This document shows positions 1-17,479 of a stretch of 64,000 nucleotides of DNA, piece by piece (position 1 is the first letter of the stretch; each line of letters begins with the position of its first letter). A program made the translations under genes and the position numbers. The stretch lies in NCBI RefSeq assembly GCF_009914755.1, contig NC_060930.1, one strand, 5' to 3'. The stretch is from the human T2T-CHM13v2.0 reference genome, Homo sapiens. Under the pieces are notes generated by a model. It saw nothing but the letters and a program-made list of their open reading frames with translations, did no database searches and was not told where the DNA came from.

Positions 1-110
1 GAGCCCAGGAGGTTGAGGCTGCACTGAACCAACTTGGAACCACTACATTCCAGCCTGGGTGACAGAGCATGACTCTGTCTCTAAAATAATGAAGAAATAA
101 ATAATAAAAA
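1..110 (+). mobile_element. Alu 3' fragment (old, AluJ/monomer-like), cut by window edge
   Basis: gagcccaggaggttgaggctgca...cagcctgggtgacagagc followed by an A-rich tail. Confidence 0.85.
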
Positions 111-749
111 TTTTGTTACGTTTGGGGGGTCTTGGTTGATCCTATTTAACCAGCTTGCCAGCAATGACATTTCACCTTAAGTTCAATTCATGTCAACAAT
201 GAGTTTTAGACACTTTCTGATGTTCAGGCAGTTTATTCTGGCAGTGCTCTTACAAGATACATAGTGGGAGAAGGCTGGATTCATGGTGCTGATACACTCA
301 AGGGTCAGATGACCAACTGCTTGGGGTCTCCATCTGAGACATTCTCAGAGTTTAGGGAATTTTCCCCCCTTTCATATACCTGTATTTGGTCTGAGTCAGT
401 TATCAGGCATTTCCTTCATTAAAAGATTTTAAGCTATTCTTGTAAAGGTGAACTTTGTTTTAAGGCTCATGAAAGTTGCATCTGTGCTGAGGTGGCCTTG
501 TTTCTAGAGCATCCAGATGTTTTGGGCTGGTGGTCATAGGAACCTAGTAATCCCTGGGCCAGTTTTGAAAATCACCAGGCCACCTGTTATATCATACTTC
601 TACATGACACATAGTGTAGCCCCTACAAGATGCTAAAATGGACCTCATGTCTATAATTAACCTTATAGCCATATCTCTCATAATATATTACAACCTTAGA
701 GTAATAATCTATTAATATATATTTGGAGTTTTATCAACTGAGAGATCAT

Positions 750-3092
750 TATATTAGTCCACTATCACACTGCTATAAAGACATACGCAAGACTGAGTAA
801 TTTATAAAGGGAAGAGGTTTAACTGACTCACAGCTTCACACAGCTGGTAAGGCCTCAGGAAACTTCAGGGTGGAAGGTGAGAGAGAAGTAAAGGCACATC
901 TTACATGGTGGCAGGTGAGAGAGAGCAAATGAGTGAAGGGAGAGGAGCCCCTTATAAAACCATCAGATCTTGTGAGAACTCACTATCATGGGAAAAGCAT
1001 GGGGAAAACCGTCCCCACCAAACCAATCACATCCCACCAAGTTCCTCCCTTCATACCTGGGGATTATGGAGATTACAATTTGAGATGAGATTTGGGTGAG
1101 GACACAGAGCCAAACCACATCATTCCATCCTTACCCTCCCAAATCTTATGCCTTTTCATGTTTTAAAACCAATCATGCCTTCCCAACAGTCCCCTAAAGT
1201 CTTAACTCATTTCAGCATTAACTCAAAAGTCCACAGTCCAAAGACTCATTGGAGACAAGGCAAGTCCCATCTGCCTATAAGCCTATAAAATCAAAAGCAA
1301 GTTAGTCACTTCCAAGACACAATAGGGGTGCAGGCATTGGGTAAATATTCTTATTTCAAATGGAAGAAATTGGCCAAAACAAAGGGGCTACAGGCCCCAT
1401 ACAAGTCCAAAATCCAGGGGGACAGTCAAATCTTAAAGCTCTGAAATGATCTTTGACTCCATGTCTCACATCCAGGTCATGCTGATGTAAGAGGGGAATT
1501 CCCATGGTATTGAGCAGCTCTGCCTCTGTGGATTTGCAGGGTACACCCCCCCTCTCAGGTGCTTTCACAGGCTGGCACTGAGTGTCTTTGGCTTTTCCAA
1601 CTGCACAGTGGACTTACCATTCTGGGGTCTGGAGGACAGTGGCCACTCCTCACAGCTCCACTAGACAGTGCCCCTAAGAAGACTCTGTGTGAGGGCTCCA
1701 ACCCCACAGTTCCCTTCCACAGCACCCTATCAGAAGTTCTCAATGAGGGCACCACCCCTGCAGAAAACTTCTGCCTAGAGATCCAGGCATTTTGATATAT
1801 CCTCTAAAATCTTGGTGAAGGTTCTCAAACCTCAATTCTTGACTTCTGTGCAGCTGCAGGCCCAACACCACCTATAAGCTGCCAAGGCTTGGGGCTTGCA
1901 CCCTCTGAAGCAATGGCCTGAGCTGTACATTGACCCCTTTTTGCTATGCCTGGGATTCAGAGCACCAACTCCCAAGAGTGTACAAAGCAGCTAGGCTCTA
2001 AACCTGGCCCAAAATCCATTTGTCCCTCCTAGGTCTCTGGGCCTGTGATAGGAGGGACTGCTGTAAGACCTCTGACATACCCTGGCAAAATTTTGCTCAT
2101 TGTCTTGGCAATTAACATTTAACTCCTCATTATTTAAGCAAATTTCTGTAGCCAGTTTCAATTTCTCCTCAGAAAATGGATTTTTCTTTTCTATTGCATT
2201 ATCAGGCTGCAAATTTTCCAGACTTTTCTGCTCTGCTTCCCTTTTAAACATAAGTTCCAATTCTAAACCATCTCATTATTAATACATAAAACTTAATGCT
2301 TTTAAGAGTACCTAAGTCACCTCTTGAATGCTTTGCTGCTTAGAAATTTATGCTCCCAGGTACCCTAAATCATCTTTCTCAAGTTCAAAGTTCCACAGAT
2401 CTCTAAGGCAGAGGCAAAATGCCACCAATCTCTTTCTGAAAGCACAGCAAGAGTCACTTTTATTCCAATTCCCAACAAATTCCTCATCACCAACTGAGAC
2501 CACATTAGCATGGACTTCACTGTCCATACCACTATCAGCATTTTGGGCAAAGCCATTCAACAACTCTCTAGGAAGTTTCGAACTGTCCCACATCTTCCTG
2601 TCTTCTGGTACTCCAAACAATTCCAACCTCTGCCTGTTACCCATTTCCAAAGTCATTTCCAAATTTTTTGTTATATTTGTAGCAGTATCCCACTTTCTGT
2701 GGTACCAATTGACTGTATTAGTCCATTTTTATACTGCTATAAAGAACTGTCTGAAAATGGGTCGTTTATAAAGGAAAGAGGTTTAATTGACTCACAGTTC
2801 AGCATGGGTGGGGAGGCCTCAGAAAACTTCCAATCATGGCAGAAGGTGAAGAGGAAGCAAGACACCTTCTTCACAAGGCAGCAGGAAGGAGAAGTTCTGA
2901 GTGAAGGGGGAAAGAGCCCATTTAAAACCATCAAATATTGTGAGAACTCATTCACTATCATGAGAATAGCATAGGGAAAATCAGTCCCTGATTCAGTCAC
3001 CTCCCACCAATTCCCTCCCTACACACATGGGGATTGTGGTGATTACAGTTTGAGATGAGACTTGGGTGAGGACACAGAGCCAAACGATATTG
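750..3092 (-). mobile_element. Full-length THE1-type (THE1D-like) MaLR: LTR 750-1122, internal 1123-2713, LTR 2714-3092
   Basis: Two homologous ~370-bp LTRs (tgtattagtcc...gacacagagccaaaccatatca-like) flank a ~1.6-kb internal region. 5-bp TSD atcat (745-749) / gtcat (3093-3097). Confidence 0.92.
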
Positions 3093-4007
3093 GTCATTAG
3101 ACATCATTATACAATGTATATTTGTGAATGAAAAGTATGGAAGGAAAACAAAGACTATCTTTAAAAATAGATACTGTGTTTTGACAAAAAGCATTTATTT
3201 TTACCCTCTGAAATTCTGAATAGGAGTTCAAAGAACCATATATTCAGGAATTAAATACAGTCATAATTGCCTCTGGCAGGGGTATGAAAAGAGTCATACT
3301 GTTACTTGTGTAGTAGAAATCAACCTCCTAGCTTAAGCTTGAGCTTCCAGGTTTGTGTAAGAAGTTGGTGAGGAAAACATTTACCGTGGCCTCCACAAGG
3401 TTTAGGTAGGTTAAGTACTTAATAGTCCAGACATAAATGTTACATAGCTTATGAGAGAAATTGCAGTAAAATATTTATATGATTTTCATTTCTCCTATAT
3501 TGGGTTTTGCATTTACACAAAGTGACTGCATTTGATTTCCTACAAAGTGAGAAAGAGCTATTAAGTTATTAAAATAACAAATTAGTAACCAGATTGTTTG
3601 AAATAAGTTTTTGAGTTTTGTTTTTGGTTTTTGGAAGGGTAAGTTGGGTTGCATTCATTTGCCAGGAAATTAATTGTGTAGTTTAATATGTCCTCACTTA
3701 TCAAAGACAACTAAACAGTTTGCAAAACTAATAGCTGAAGATTAGTAAGTACATATCTAAATCATTTCTAAGTTAGTTTACCCGTATGATATTTAATACA
3801 ATAAATGGATATAAAATGATTATTTTAGCAATTGTAAGATAATCTAGATTTAAAATTATTTCATTCTAATATGCAGTTTTTTAACTATAATTGTTAAAAT
3901 ATTCAGATTAATCTAGTTATTAATTCCAATTTTAAAATGTGTATATATGTATATGCACACATATGTTTATAAAAGAAAACAGTTCGGTGTTATTAATAAC
4001 ATGAAAA

Positions 4008-7614
<3,607 letters not shown>

Positions 7615-10010
7615 GACAGGAGATGTGTTAGTCTTTTTTAAAATACAACTTGCAACTCTATGCCATTTAAATAGGGCTTTTAGACTGTTTAAGTTCAAGG
7701 TTATTTTGATATGTGAAGTTTTGATTCTATCACTATATCATTAGTTGGTCACTTTGTAGTTTCTATTTGCTTTGTAGTTTCTGGTTGCTTTTTTAGAGTC
7801 TGTGGGCTATGTAATTGACATGTTTTTGTGGTAACAAGTTTTGTTCCTTTGTGTTCATGTCTAGAACTCCCTAAATGTGCCTTACAAGGCAGGTCTAGTG
7901 GTAACAAATTCCCTTAGCACTTGCTTGTCTGGAAAACATTTTATTTCTTCTTCACTTATGAAGGCAGGGTATAAAATTGTTGGTTGGAATTTCTTTTCTT
8001 TAATAATGCTGAAAATAGGCCACCAATCTCTGCTGTCTTGTAAGGTTTCTGTTGAGAAGTTCACTGTTAACCTGAAGAGGTTCCTATTGTATGTGATCTG
8101 ACCTTTTTCTCTAGCTGTCTTTAAGTTTTTTCATTAGCATTGACCTTGGATAGTCTGGTGACTATATGCCTTGGTGATATTCATTTTGTAAAGTATCTTG
8201 TGGGTCTTCTCTGGATTTCTTGTATCTGGATGTTCCCTCTTTAGCAAGACTAGGGAAATTTAATTGAATTATTTCCTCAACTATATCTTTTTGGTTGTTT
8301 ATTTTTTCTCCTCTCTCAAGAATGCCAATAATTTGGAGGTTTGATTGCTTTATATAATCTTATACTCCTTGAAGATTTTTAAAAATTATTTTCTCTTTAT
8401 TTTTGTCTGACTGGGTTAGTTCAAAAGATTGTTCTTCAAACTTGAAATTCTCTCTTCTGCTTAATCCAGTCTATTGATAAAAATCTCAATTGTATTTTGG
8501 CAGTTTTAAGTGAGTTTTTCAATATCAGAAGCTTGGCTGACTTATTTTTTAAGATGTTTATCTGTTCCTTCATTTCCTGGATTGATTTAGAAGTTTCTTT
8601 GTGTTGATTTTCAACTTTGTACTGGATCTCATTGAGCTTCCTTGCAATCCATGCTTTGAGTTATTTATCTGTCATTTCTGAATTTCCATTTTGATTATGG
8701 ACCATTGGTGGAGAGATAATGAGAGGCTTTGGTAGTGTCACTACATTCAGTTTTTTCAAGAAAATCTTGTGTGGGTTCCTTCTCATCTGGAGACACTGGC
8801 ATTTCTACTTTCTATTATTTTTGTATGAGTAGGACTATTTTATTTTCCTATTATATTATTGGGTTTTTTTTTTTTCCCCTTTCCCACCTCCCTTGTGAAT
8901 GTGACTGTAGAGAATGCTTCTGTAGACATACACACTTTTTTCAGCAGGTTTCATAATGGGCTGTGTCATTCAACCTACAAGCCAGTAGATGGCACTTATG
9001 GGTAAGAGTCAGCTATGGCCAACATGCCTGTTACTGGGTGTGTATTAATACTTAATCCTTGTTTACCAGGAGATATTCTCTGTTGCCTCAGACATTGGGC
9101 TGATCTATGGAGTACACAGTGGCCTGAGTACCCTGCTCAGCCCAGAATGTACAGGGGCAAGATGGGCAGGGTCATACCAGGCAGGACCACTACAAGTATT
9201 CTGGTTGCGGGCACATGCACCAGCACTGGGGGAGAATCCATTGGGTAACTAACAAGTGTTCAGAGATGTGCCTAGGTGTGGAACTAGGAAACCTCCTTAG
9301 CCTCAAGCTCTCTGCAAGGGGATGGGTGCTGCCTAAACTACTAATTCAGAAGAGTGGGTGCCTGAAGATCTGCTTGGGCATGGAGTGTAGAGGGTCCCAC
9401 TGAACAATCTCCTCACAGAAATGCAGTGGTGGCTCAGGGTGCTAATTCAGGCAAACAAATGTTCCTATTGCCTGGAGACCTGCCTGGGCATGGGGTAGAG
9501 AGAGCCCCACTGCACCACAGTCTCTACATAGAAAGGGTGGGCTGGCTTAGGGTACTGGTGCAGATATATGGGCGCTCTGAGTGCCTGGAGATCTGACTGG
9601 GTCAAAAGCAAAGAGGGCCCCCATGCACCCAGATCACTGCACAAGAAGGGTAGGGTAACAGAAGCTGCCAATCTGGGCAACTCGGTGCTCTGAATGCCTG
9701 GGCATAGAGTGGAGAGGGCCCCACTGCACCACAGTCTCTGCACAGGAAGGGTGGGGTGGTTCAGGTTGCTGATCCAGGTGAGTGTGTGCTCCAAATGCCT
9801 GGAGATCTGCCTTTATCAAGCAGATGTATTCGCAGGGGCTGTTTCCCCACATTCTTCTCCCTTTAATCTGGAATGTAGTTCATGGTTCCAGTGGATTCTG
9901 TTTTCTTTGTTGAACTAAAGCTCACAGAGTTGATCTTCATGCACTATCTTGCTATTTCCAAATGGCTAAGGCACACTAAAAGCCTCTTATACACCATCTT
10001 AGGGGGAAAA
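7615..10010 (-). mobile_element. Older LINE-1 (L1M/L1MA-type) 5' portion: 5'UTR with tandem monomers, decayed ORF1, first ~130 nt of ORF2
   Basis: Minus-strand ORF1-like peptide (7882-8064, ...WWPIFSIIKEKKFQPTILYPA...), an ORF2-start homologue at 7615-7740, and a taagatgg-type 5' end near 10000. Confidence 0.85.
9265..9812 (-). repeat. ~110-bp degenerate tandem monomers in old L1 5'UTR
   Basis: Recurrent tgcctggagatctgcctgggcatgg..gagagggccccactgcaccacagtctctgcacaggaagggt units, about 5 copies. Confidence 0.75.
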
Positions 10011-12310
10011 AAACCTAATGCTCAAAAATACCTACTTTTTATAAAGTTTGGCCCTTACATACTATTCAGCTACTTCTTTTAGTGCTCAGATAATAAATCA
10101 GTGATGAATTTTCCAGCAGGATTTTCAGAAGAATTGTCAGGCAAGGTGGTGCCTAGCATAGCTCAGGTTCCCCTAACATTTAGTGGACTCATGTGACAAG
10201 GCTCCTGCACAAACTCTCTCCCTAGAGTTGCCCAAGTTTCCTTCATGTTCCCATGGAGCCACTTAAAACAATATCTGACAAGGCTAAGAATCACTGGAAA
10301 GAAGTTGGTGCTACAAGTGTGAAAAGCAAACTGAACTGCCTGGCCAGGCTGCAACAGCTTCCCATTTCACGTTGCAGTTTAACTTTGAGCAGTTAAGAAA
10401 TCCCTCTCTCATGCTGTAAGACACTAGCTAAGGGATAGTTTCTCAAAGACCAAGGATGGTTTGATAGCTTTTCTCTGTAGTGCTTCCATTTTTTCAGTCT
10501 TTCTACTCCATTTATCAGGAAAACTATTCTGTGGACGTGACATCATGAAATTTTTTTCCAATCCTTAGTTATTTCTTTAAAAAGCCTGCATAAAGGCCAG
10601 ATTAAAAAAGACTTATGGGGCCACCTGTTTATTATGTGGCAGCACATTCAGATGAAGAATAAACATGTTATCTATAATGATATTAATATTTCTCTAGGTT
10701 AGCTTTACAGGTCAGATGTAACCTACCATAGCTGCTGCACCTGTCAGGTAAAGAAGTTGGGATAACAAATACAGCTGATTTTTGGTAAGTACCTTCATAG
10801 CCTTGTGTGAAACTACTGCTCCTCCAAGGACCAGATTGAGAAAGAAAATTCTAGCTTTCCTTTTGGAAAAAGTTCAATGTTAAAATCTAAGGAGCCTACA
10901 GGGCAGACGAAAATGACTTTGTGAACTGAACTAGCAGTTTGATGAACTAGCAGAAAGATGAAAACTGCTTGAATCAGAAAGAGACAGTACAGAGAGGGAA
11001 AACACTGAACTTAAAGAAGTTTTATAGGAGTTTTTGTCCTGAGAAAGTAGTGTCCAAGTTCAGAGCTCAGTTCCAGAAGAGGTAACAGTAGCATGGCTTC
11101 TTAATCTGAGATGTGTGGTTTCTCAGCAGCATCTCAGGCAAAGAGATTTGAATGTACTGGTTTCAACATTTCTGGAAATATACAAGTAGACAAGGCCTCA
11201 GTGAAAGAAGGGTGAGGGAACGGGGCAGATCCAGCAGAAGTATTGCAACTAATACAGTAATTCTTGGCAGAAGAGTTTGATTTTTTCCAAGTTTGATGAA
11301 GTTATTCTTGGCTATCAACCATAAAAGAGAACTTCCTGGAGAGCCTTCGTGGGAATTCAAGAATCCCTAGGACTATAGAGACCATAGAGGTACTGGAAAG
11401 ACGTGAAGGGGCCAGCTGTGAGATAATAAAGAGTGGTAAGGACTATGGGGAACTGGAAAGTTTATGTCGATCTAGAGGTGACAGCCTCTTTTCCAGTCCA
11501 ACAGATTGTTGTCCTGAGGGGATGTGTGGGTCTAGTATTTGCAGATTTTCTAATTTTTTTCAAAAAAAGAAATCTAAATCTGATGTGAAAGATTTTATTT
11601 TGTGTCTTTGTTGTACAGTGCCTTCTGCTGAGACCCCATATTGTGAATTTGCCATTTTTGTGTATGTCCTTATTCCCTTTGGGTAAATGCTTAGTCTATA
11701 TTATTTTTATAGAATCTTGGTGGGAGAATAAATCAAGCAATTTTAACCTCATCCCATGAAAAGAGGGAAAGTTTCTTCTACCAGATGCTGTCATTCGCCT
11801 TCTCGTTGCCCTTGTGTGAAACGTGTTTCCTAAATCGGGCTAATTGGACCTTCTCTCCTAAGATTTTGACTCTGAAGTAATGTAAGGACAAAAAAAAAAA
11901 AAAAAGGTATTCATTTTTTCCAGCAGTGGAGCTCAGGTGAAACTGTCAAGTGATTTCTTCTGTGAAGACTTTTGGTAACTGCCTGGTAGTTATTTCTTCC
12001 AAGCCTGGTTTTTCAGCCTTCTTTTCCAACCATACCCTTAAAAATGTTGCATTTGCTTAAATTTACTAGTTCCCCAGAGTTTATTTCAGTTACTTACAAC
12101 AAAAGAGCCCAAGCCACTATACTCCCAGTGTAATCAACAGAACAACAAAGAAAAGAAGGGCGCTACACCAGGAATTCTATTGATCCATCGGTAGGCATGT
12201 TTTTCTCTATAACGATGGTCTGTAGCACCTTCCCAAAGGATGCTGCTGTGAAATTTCTGCCTTGTATTTTCTGCAGGGATGATCTCCTAAACATAGTCAA
12301 ACTAGTCTCA

Positions 12311-12447
12311 GGGTGGACACTGTGGCTTTATAATCCCAGCACTTTGGGAAACCAAGGCAGGATGATTGCTTGAGGACAGGAGATAGAGCCCCGCCTTGGT
12401 AACATAGCAAGACACTGTCTCTACAAAAAATAAAAATAAAAAATAAA
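12311..12447 (+). mobile_element. FLAM Alu monomer
   Basis: taatcccagcactttggga...aacatagcaagacactgtctctac followed by an A tail. Confidence 0.85.
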
Positions 12448-12689
12448 TTTTGGAGAAAACTCGCCTCTACTGAAGCACTTCACATAGAACAGCCTCCCTA
12501 GCCAGGGCTTGTAAAATTAAGCAATTAAAGAAAAGCAGGGGGATCAGGATGGTAACATGCGGCAGGAAGATGTCTCATATCCTGCCCATTTCTGCATTTC
12601 CCTCCGCATGGGTCCCTGTGGTCTTTGTATGACTCAGCATCAACTAGTCCCCTCATGGGGAGTATGCACAACAAAGGTTAAAATCATAG

Positions 12690-12900
12690 CTTTTCAAAAA
12701 GATTCACTTGAGTTTAAATTCTGGATTTGCCACTTACTAGCTTTGAATGACAAGGTGGATTTTCATGTCTGAAGCCATTCTTCTCAACTGCAGAGGAAGC
12801 AAATAATCACTAGCTTACTGAGCTTTGTTGAGAACTAGATAACAAGATGCCCATAAAGTGCTTAGCACATAGTCTAGAACATGTTAAGGATTCATAGATT
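12690..12900 (+). mobile_element. MIR fragment
   Basis: ttctggatttgccacttactagctttgaatgac...taaagtgcttagcacatagtct. Confidence 0.6.
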
Positions 12901-13231
12901 AATTTGCAGTGGTGTAAAAGTTTCAGGATATTGATAGCCAGTAGATACCAGGATAACAGCTGAAGATTAATGAAATTTATAGTCCTTTTTATAAACTCAG
13001 TCTAGTAGGAGCATCCCAACATTCATTTAGGTGATGGAGGAAGAGGATATGCTAATAGAGATAATTTTTTTGGAGCAATAGCAGAGCCTACTTGGTATTT
13101 AAGTATTAATTTCTCACAGTCTATTCACTGTATATTATTTTATATTGATCTCGTGATCATTTTTTAAATGAAGCACATTAGTAATTAAAATGCTTAACTT
13201 CCACTGATGAATTTAACTAAAAAGAATATAC

Positions 13232-13400
13232 TAGTGTTTCTAAAATTTAGCTGCATATTATTATCACCTGAAGACCTCTTAGAACTAGGCATCATCCCAA
13301 ATCAAACAAATCAAAATCTCCGGCGAGTGAACCCAGGCATTAGGATGTTTTAAAAGCTCCCCAGATGATTCCAATATACATGTTAAATTGAGAGCGTCTA
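13232..13400. mobile_element. MER5A-like hAT DNA transposon MITE
   Basis: tttctaaaatttagctgcatattattatcacctg...taaaagctccccagatgattcc. Confidence 0.7.
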
Positions 13401-13780
13401 TAGTAAGATGAGAAAAATAAAAACATTCCCCAAACATCACATAGGAAGTGGGAAACTTCAAAAATGAATGAGAAATAAGAGTAATTTTTTAAAACCTTAA
13501 TTCTGAATGTCAAACTTTAGATGGTTCTGAAAACAATCGGAAAAGCAAGAGAAAAGCTGTTTAAAATGGAAAGCACTATTGTCATGTGACAATCATGGTT
13601 GTTCTGTAAACATCTGTGCAGTACAGGTTTTAATGATAAAAGACAATGCTGAAATTTCATAAAAATTTGTTTACAAAACATAAATATGACTTTTATTCAG
13701 TAAGTTATATTTCTGTCTCTACTTGAAAATCAAATCTGCCTAAATAGTTCTAATAGCGTCTCTTCTACTCAGTTAAATAA

Positions 13781-14009
13781 ATATTTCTTAACTCCAGCAC
13801 TGTGGACATGTTGGGCCAGCTCATTTTTTGTGGAGTGGGAGTGAGAGTGAGGTGGTATCCTGTGCATTGTAGGATGTTTAGCAACATCTCTGACCCCTAC
13901 CAATTAGATGCCAACACAACCACCACTCCTAGCTGTGACAACCAAAAATGTCTCCAAACATGACTATATGTCCCCTAGGGGCAAAATAGCCTGGCTAAGA
14001 ACCACTCTG
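13781..14009. mobile_element. MER20 hAT DNA transposon
   Basis: tcctgtgcattgtaggatgtttagcaacatc...tgtgacaaccaaaaatgtctccaaaca...gaaccact. Confidence 0.85.
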
Positions 14010-16142
14010 TTAAATGGACTACATACTTCCACCGCATGCAACGTCTATCAGTGTTTGCCCTGTCTCCATTTAAACACATTTCCTAGACTCAAAGCAAGAA
14101 ATAAGGAAACAAAGACTGATTTTAATTTAAACAATGTTGACTTTAAGAAAAAATATATATATAAAGAAATTTTAAGAAAATGCTAGAACCAGACTGTTCC
14201 CAGGAATAAGTTTGCAGACTGCATTAAATGCTTGGCATTGAGACTCTATGAAAGAAACGTGGATTCGAGGGAAAAAAATACTGTAATACATGTGTATACA
14301 TGTCATATATACACATACATATGCATATAGACACACATGCACACATATTAGAAATCATGAGCCCACACCAATACCTTTAATCCATTTCGTCCTCACAGAA
14401 TTCTTTTTTCCTTCCCCATTCCTTATTTAAATGCCACTTCTTTCATAGTGAGAACTCTGACTCTCAATAATATCAATATATTTACTTATTTGCTTAGTCC
14501 TATAATACATCTTAGTTTCAGAATTGCTTTGCCCACATAACAAAAAAGATTTTGCTGTTTTCCCCAACAACATGCTCCTAAAGATTGAAATGTATTCATG
14601 AACTACTTGGATTAGATTTTCTCTTCTTTTCCCTTCAGTTTGATTAAGATTTATTTGAAATACAATTGTGTTTGTTTTTTCTTTTAGTTTTCATTTTTTT
14701 TCTGAAAACAGAAACACACAGTAACATGTAATATAAAATTGCTTTTATTATAAATAACCCCTTACAATGTAAACAAATATATTGATATTATAAAACCACT
14801 GGTCCTCATTTGTTTTAATATGGCAAAATTAAATAACCTTTCACATTAAAAATATACTCTTTAGTTTTAGAAATGAGAAATGACTTTCCTTCTTGCCATT
14901 AAATGTTTTGACTGCATGGATCAGGAGGACATTTAATTGACTAAACATTCAATTAAATAAGGTCTTTTGAGGCCCCCTCTCTCTGAATGAAAGTATTTTA
15001 CACAAATTGTGGTTTTAATCAGGACACATGGGTGTCTGACCTGGGAATGTTTGCTGACAAGCTCAGGGTCTCATTGGCCCCACTGGTTCTCCTAATTCAG
15101 AAACTATTAATAGTGCAAAGTTAATTAAACTGGTAGCATATTATAAATGCAGCTGTTGTAATTTCTGAGTCAATCTGATATGTCAGTGTGGTATATTGCA
15201 TAAAGTCTCAGATTTGGTATCTGACAACCTTGGATTAAATTTTTATCTCTAGATTTTAGGAATTGTCATTTCCTAATCTATATAATTAGAATTATTATAA
15301 ATATAAGAGAAAAAAGTGTATCTTTTAAATTTTCTTATTAATATGAGTATAGATATATCTATTAGACATTTACTGGTACCCTTGTCTCCCTTCTCGTTAT
15401 TATTCTCACAACAATTTTAATCTCTCTTGGCCAAGTTTCTAGGCAAAAAAATCATATGCCTTTGGGCCCAACCTTGGTAAATCTGTCTCTATGTATAAGT
15501 AGTTACCTCTGTTACATCTTGTAGTTGTACAACATGGACAGACCTTTCATTATCATTACAACATTTAATTTCTAGAACTCATATAATTAGGACTAAGGAA
15601 AACTCACTTAGTTTTCTCTTTCCAAATCCCATGATGATTAATTGTAGAGACACCATTTTCCTTCAAGTCCAATTGCCATATTCTTATTTCTGCAAGATAA
15701 AAAAAAAAAATGTTAAGCCCCGTTAGTTAACTGTAGAGCAAATACTTACTCATTTTTTCCTATCATTGAGAATTTGTCTGATTCCCCAGATGCTGCCTAA
15801 AATTAATATAATAATTCTCAAAACTGGTATTATTTTCTCTCCTGGCACTGACCTGATAAACCCTGCATGGGCCACTCAAGTCTGCTGATACTTGGGCCAA
15901 CCTAACTGGAAACATAATCCCAACACCAGCATGTCACACACAAAGCAGAGTCAGCAAGTTCCAGAATCCTCAGATGGGGGCCTTAGGTACAAAGGAGAAG
16001 CCCCTGGACACTATTATCTCAAATGAAGCATAGCACATACACAGCAGATCATCTTCAGCTAACTCAGAGCTTAAATAACAAACAAACTCAGATACCGTCA
16101 GCTCCTCAGAAAGATTCAGAGATTTTCCTTTCCTGATGTGGG

Positions 16143-17479
16143 TCCTTTTGACACTACTGTTTCAAACATGTTTACAGATAAGGATTAAAATGAACCCATC
16201 TTTATTCTTCTAGCTTGTTGCAGGCCCTGGTCTGTTCAAGAAATGTTTACGTATAATCAAATTGAATTGAAACAGCTTCTCTAGAAAGTCTTTTGGGTTT
16301 AAGTCCCACTACTGTCTTCTACCCAATTTCCTCACTCCAGGAGCCTTCCTAAACTCTGTGTTAGATTGAGGTGCCTGCTTGGCAGTAAAAACAAAATTCT
16401 TTCCCACTCAGCATTCAATCCTTGGTCTCTTGAGTCTTCGTGTTTTCTTTAATATACATCTATATCTAAGGCTGCTTGCTGTGTATACTGTGATCCTCTT
16501 GGTCTGAAGGCTTTTTTTTTTTCTTGCTCTTCTTATTTGACTCCTACAGAGGTTATACCAGAAGTGCCAAGAATTAATATTTCCTAAATCTGCCCTCAAC
16601 AAATAAGGGACTCAATGTTAAGGATAAACATCTCAGCTTCTCTTTCCGAGAGTACCTCTAAGGTATCTTCTATAGTGTTTCCCAGAGTTTGCCAACAGGA
16701 TTGAGCTCCAGTTGCCCTCTTTGGTAACTGGCTCCAATATGCACCCTCTTGTTTTTTTCCCTTCCATGTCCCATGTCTTTATCTCCTTCTGGTGTTTCTC
16801 AGACTTAGCTTGGTTTCCCAAATAAACTATGTACTTGCATTCAAAACTTTTTCTCAGCATCTTTTTCAAAGGGAACCCAAACCAAGACAATTGTCTTTTC
16901 TTCAGCTTCTGTAAAGGATGAGATAAAAGAAGTTTGACCCTCACTGATATGATTGGTCTTAGCTTCCGATCATTGTAACAACTGATGACAAAAAGTTAAA
17001 AGTATATACTAAGAATAATTAGTTATCTTCAGGCTTTGGGCGGGAGCGGGGGATTCTAATGACAAATGTAAGAAAGGAAAATTATTCGAAACTTCTGAAG
17101 CACCCAATCCTCCCCATGAAATTGAACATATAACTTATTTCTCACCATCTGCACTGGGGAAGAACCTTAGGAAAAATGAGTAGGTGTTTGTTTTACACCT
17201 AGATGAATAAAAGGGCTTGACGATTTTGTTTATCTTGCAGAAAGGGCTTTGTCTCAAAGTTAAAGCCCAGTCTTCACTTCCAGAGGCAGAAAACAGCTGC
17301 ACTTTTTAACAGTCCTCCAGCATCATACTTTCCTTTTGACAGTACTGTTTCAAACATGTTTACAGATAAGGATTAAAACAGACCCATCTTTATTCTTTTA
17401 GCAGCTTGCAGGCCCTGGTCTGTTCAAGAAATGTTTGTTAAGTATAAACAAACTGAATTAAAATGGCTTCTCTAGAAAG
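16143..17479 (+). repeat. Local direct duplication, ~146 bp (16143-16288 and 17331-17479)
   Basis: Both copies read tccttttgaca.tactgtttcaaacatgtttacagataaggattaaaa...ttgcaggccctggtctgttcaagaaatgttt...cttctctagaaag. Confidence 0.9.
16560..16889 (+). mobile_element. Old ERVL-class LTR fragment (LTR16/LTR33-like)
   Basis: Typical 3' end cccaaataaacta..cttgcattcaaa...gggaacccaaaccaagaca. Confidence 0.6.

Noticed and set aside
905-3194. Dense cluster of ORFs on both strands
   Set aside because: Essentially all lie within the THE1-type MaLR and reflect its decayed internal ORF or random frames.
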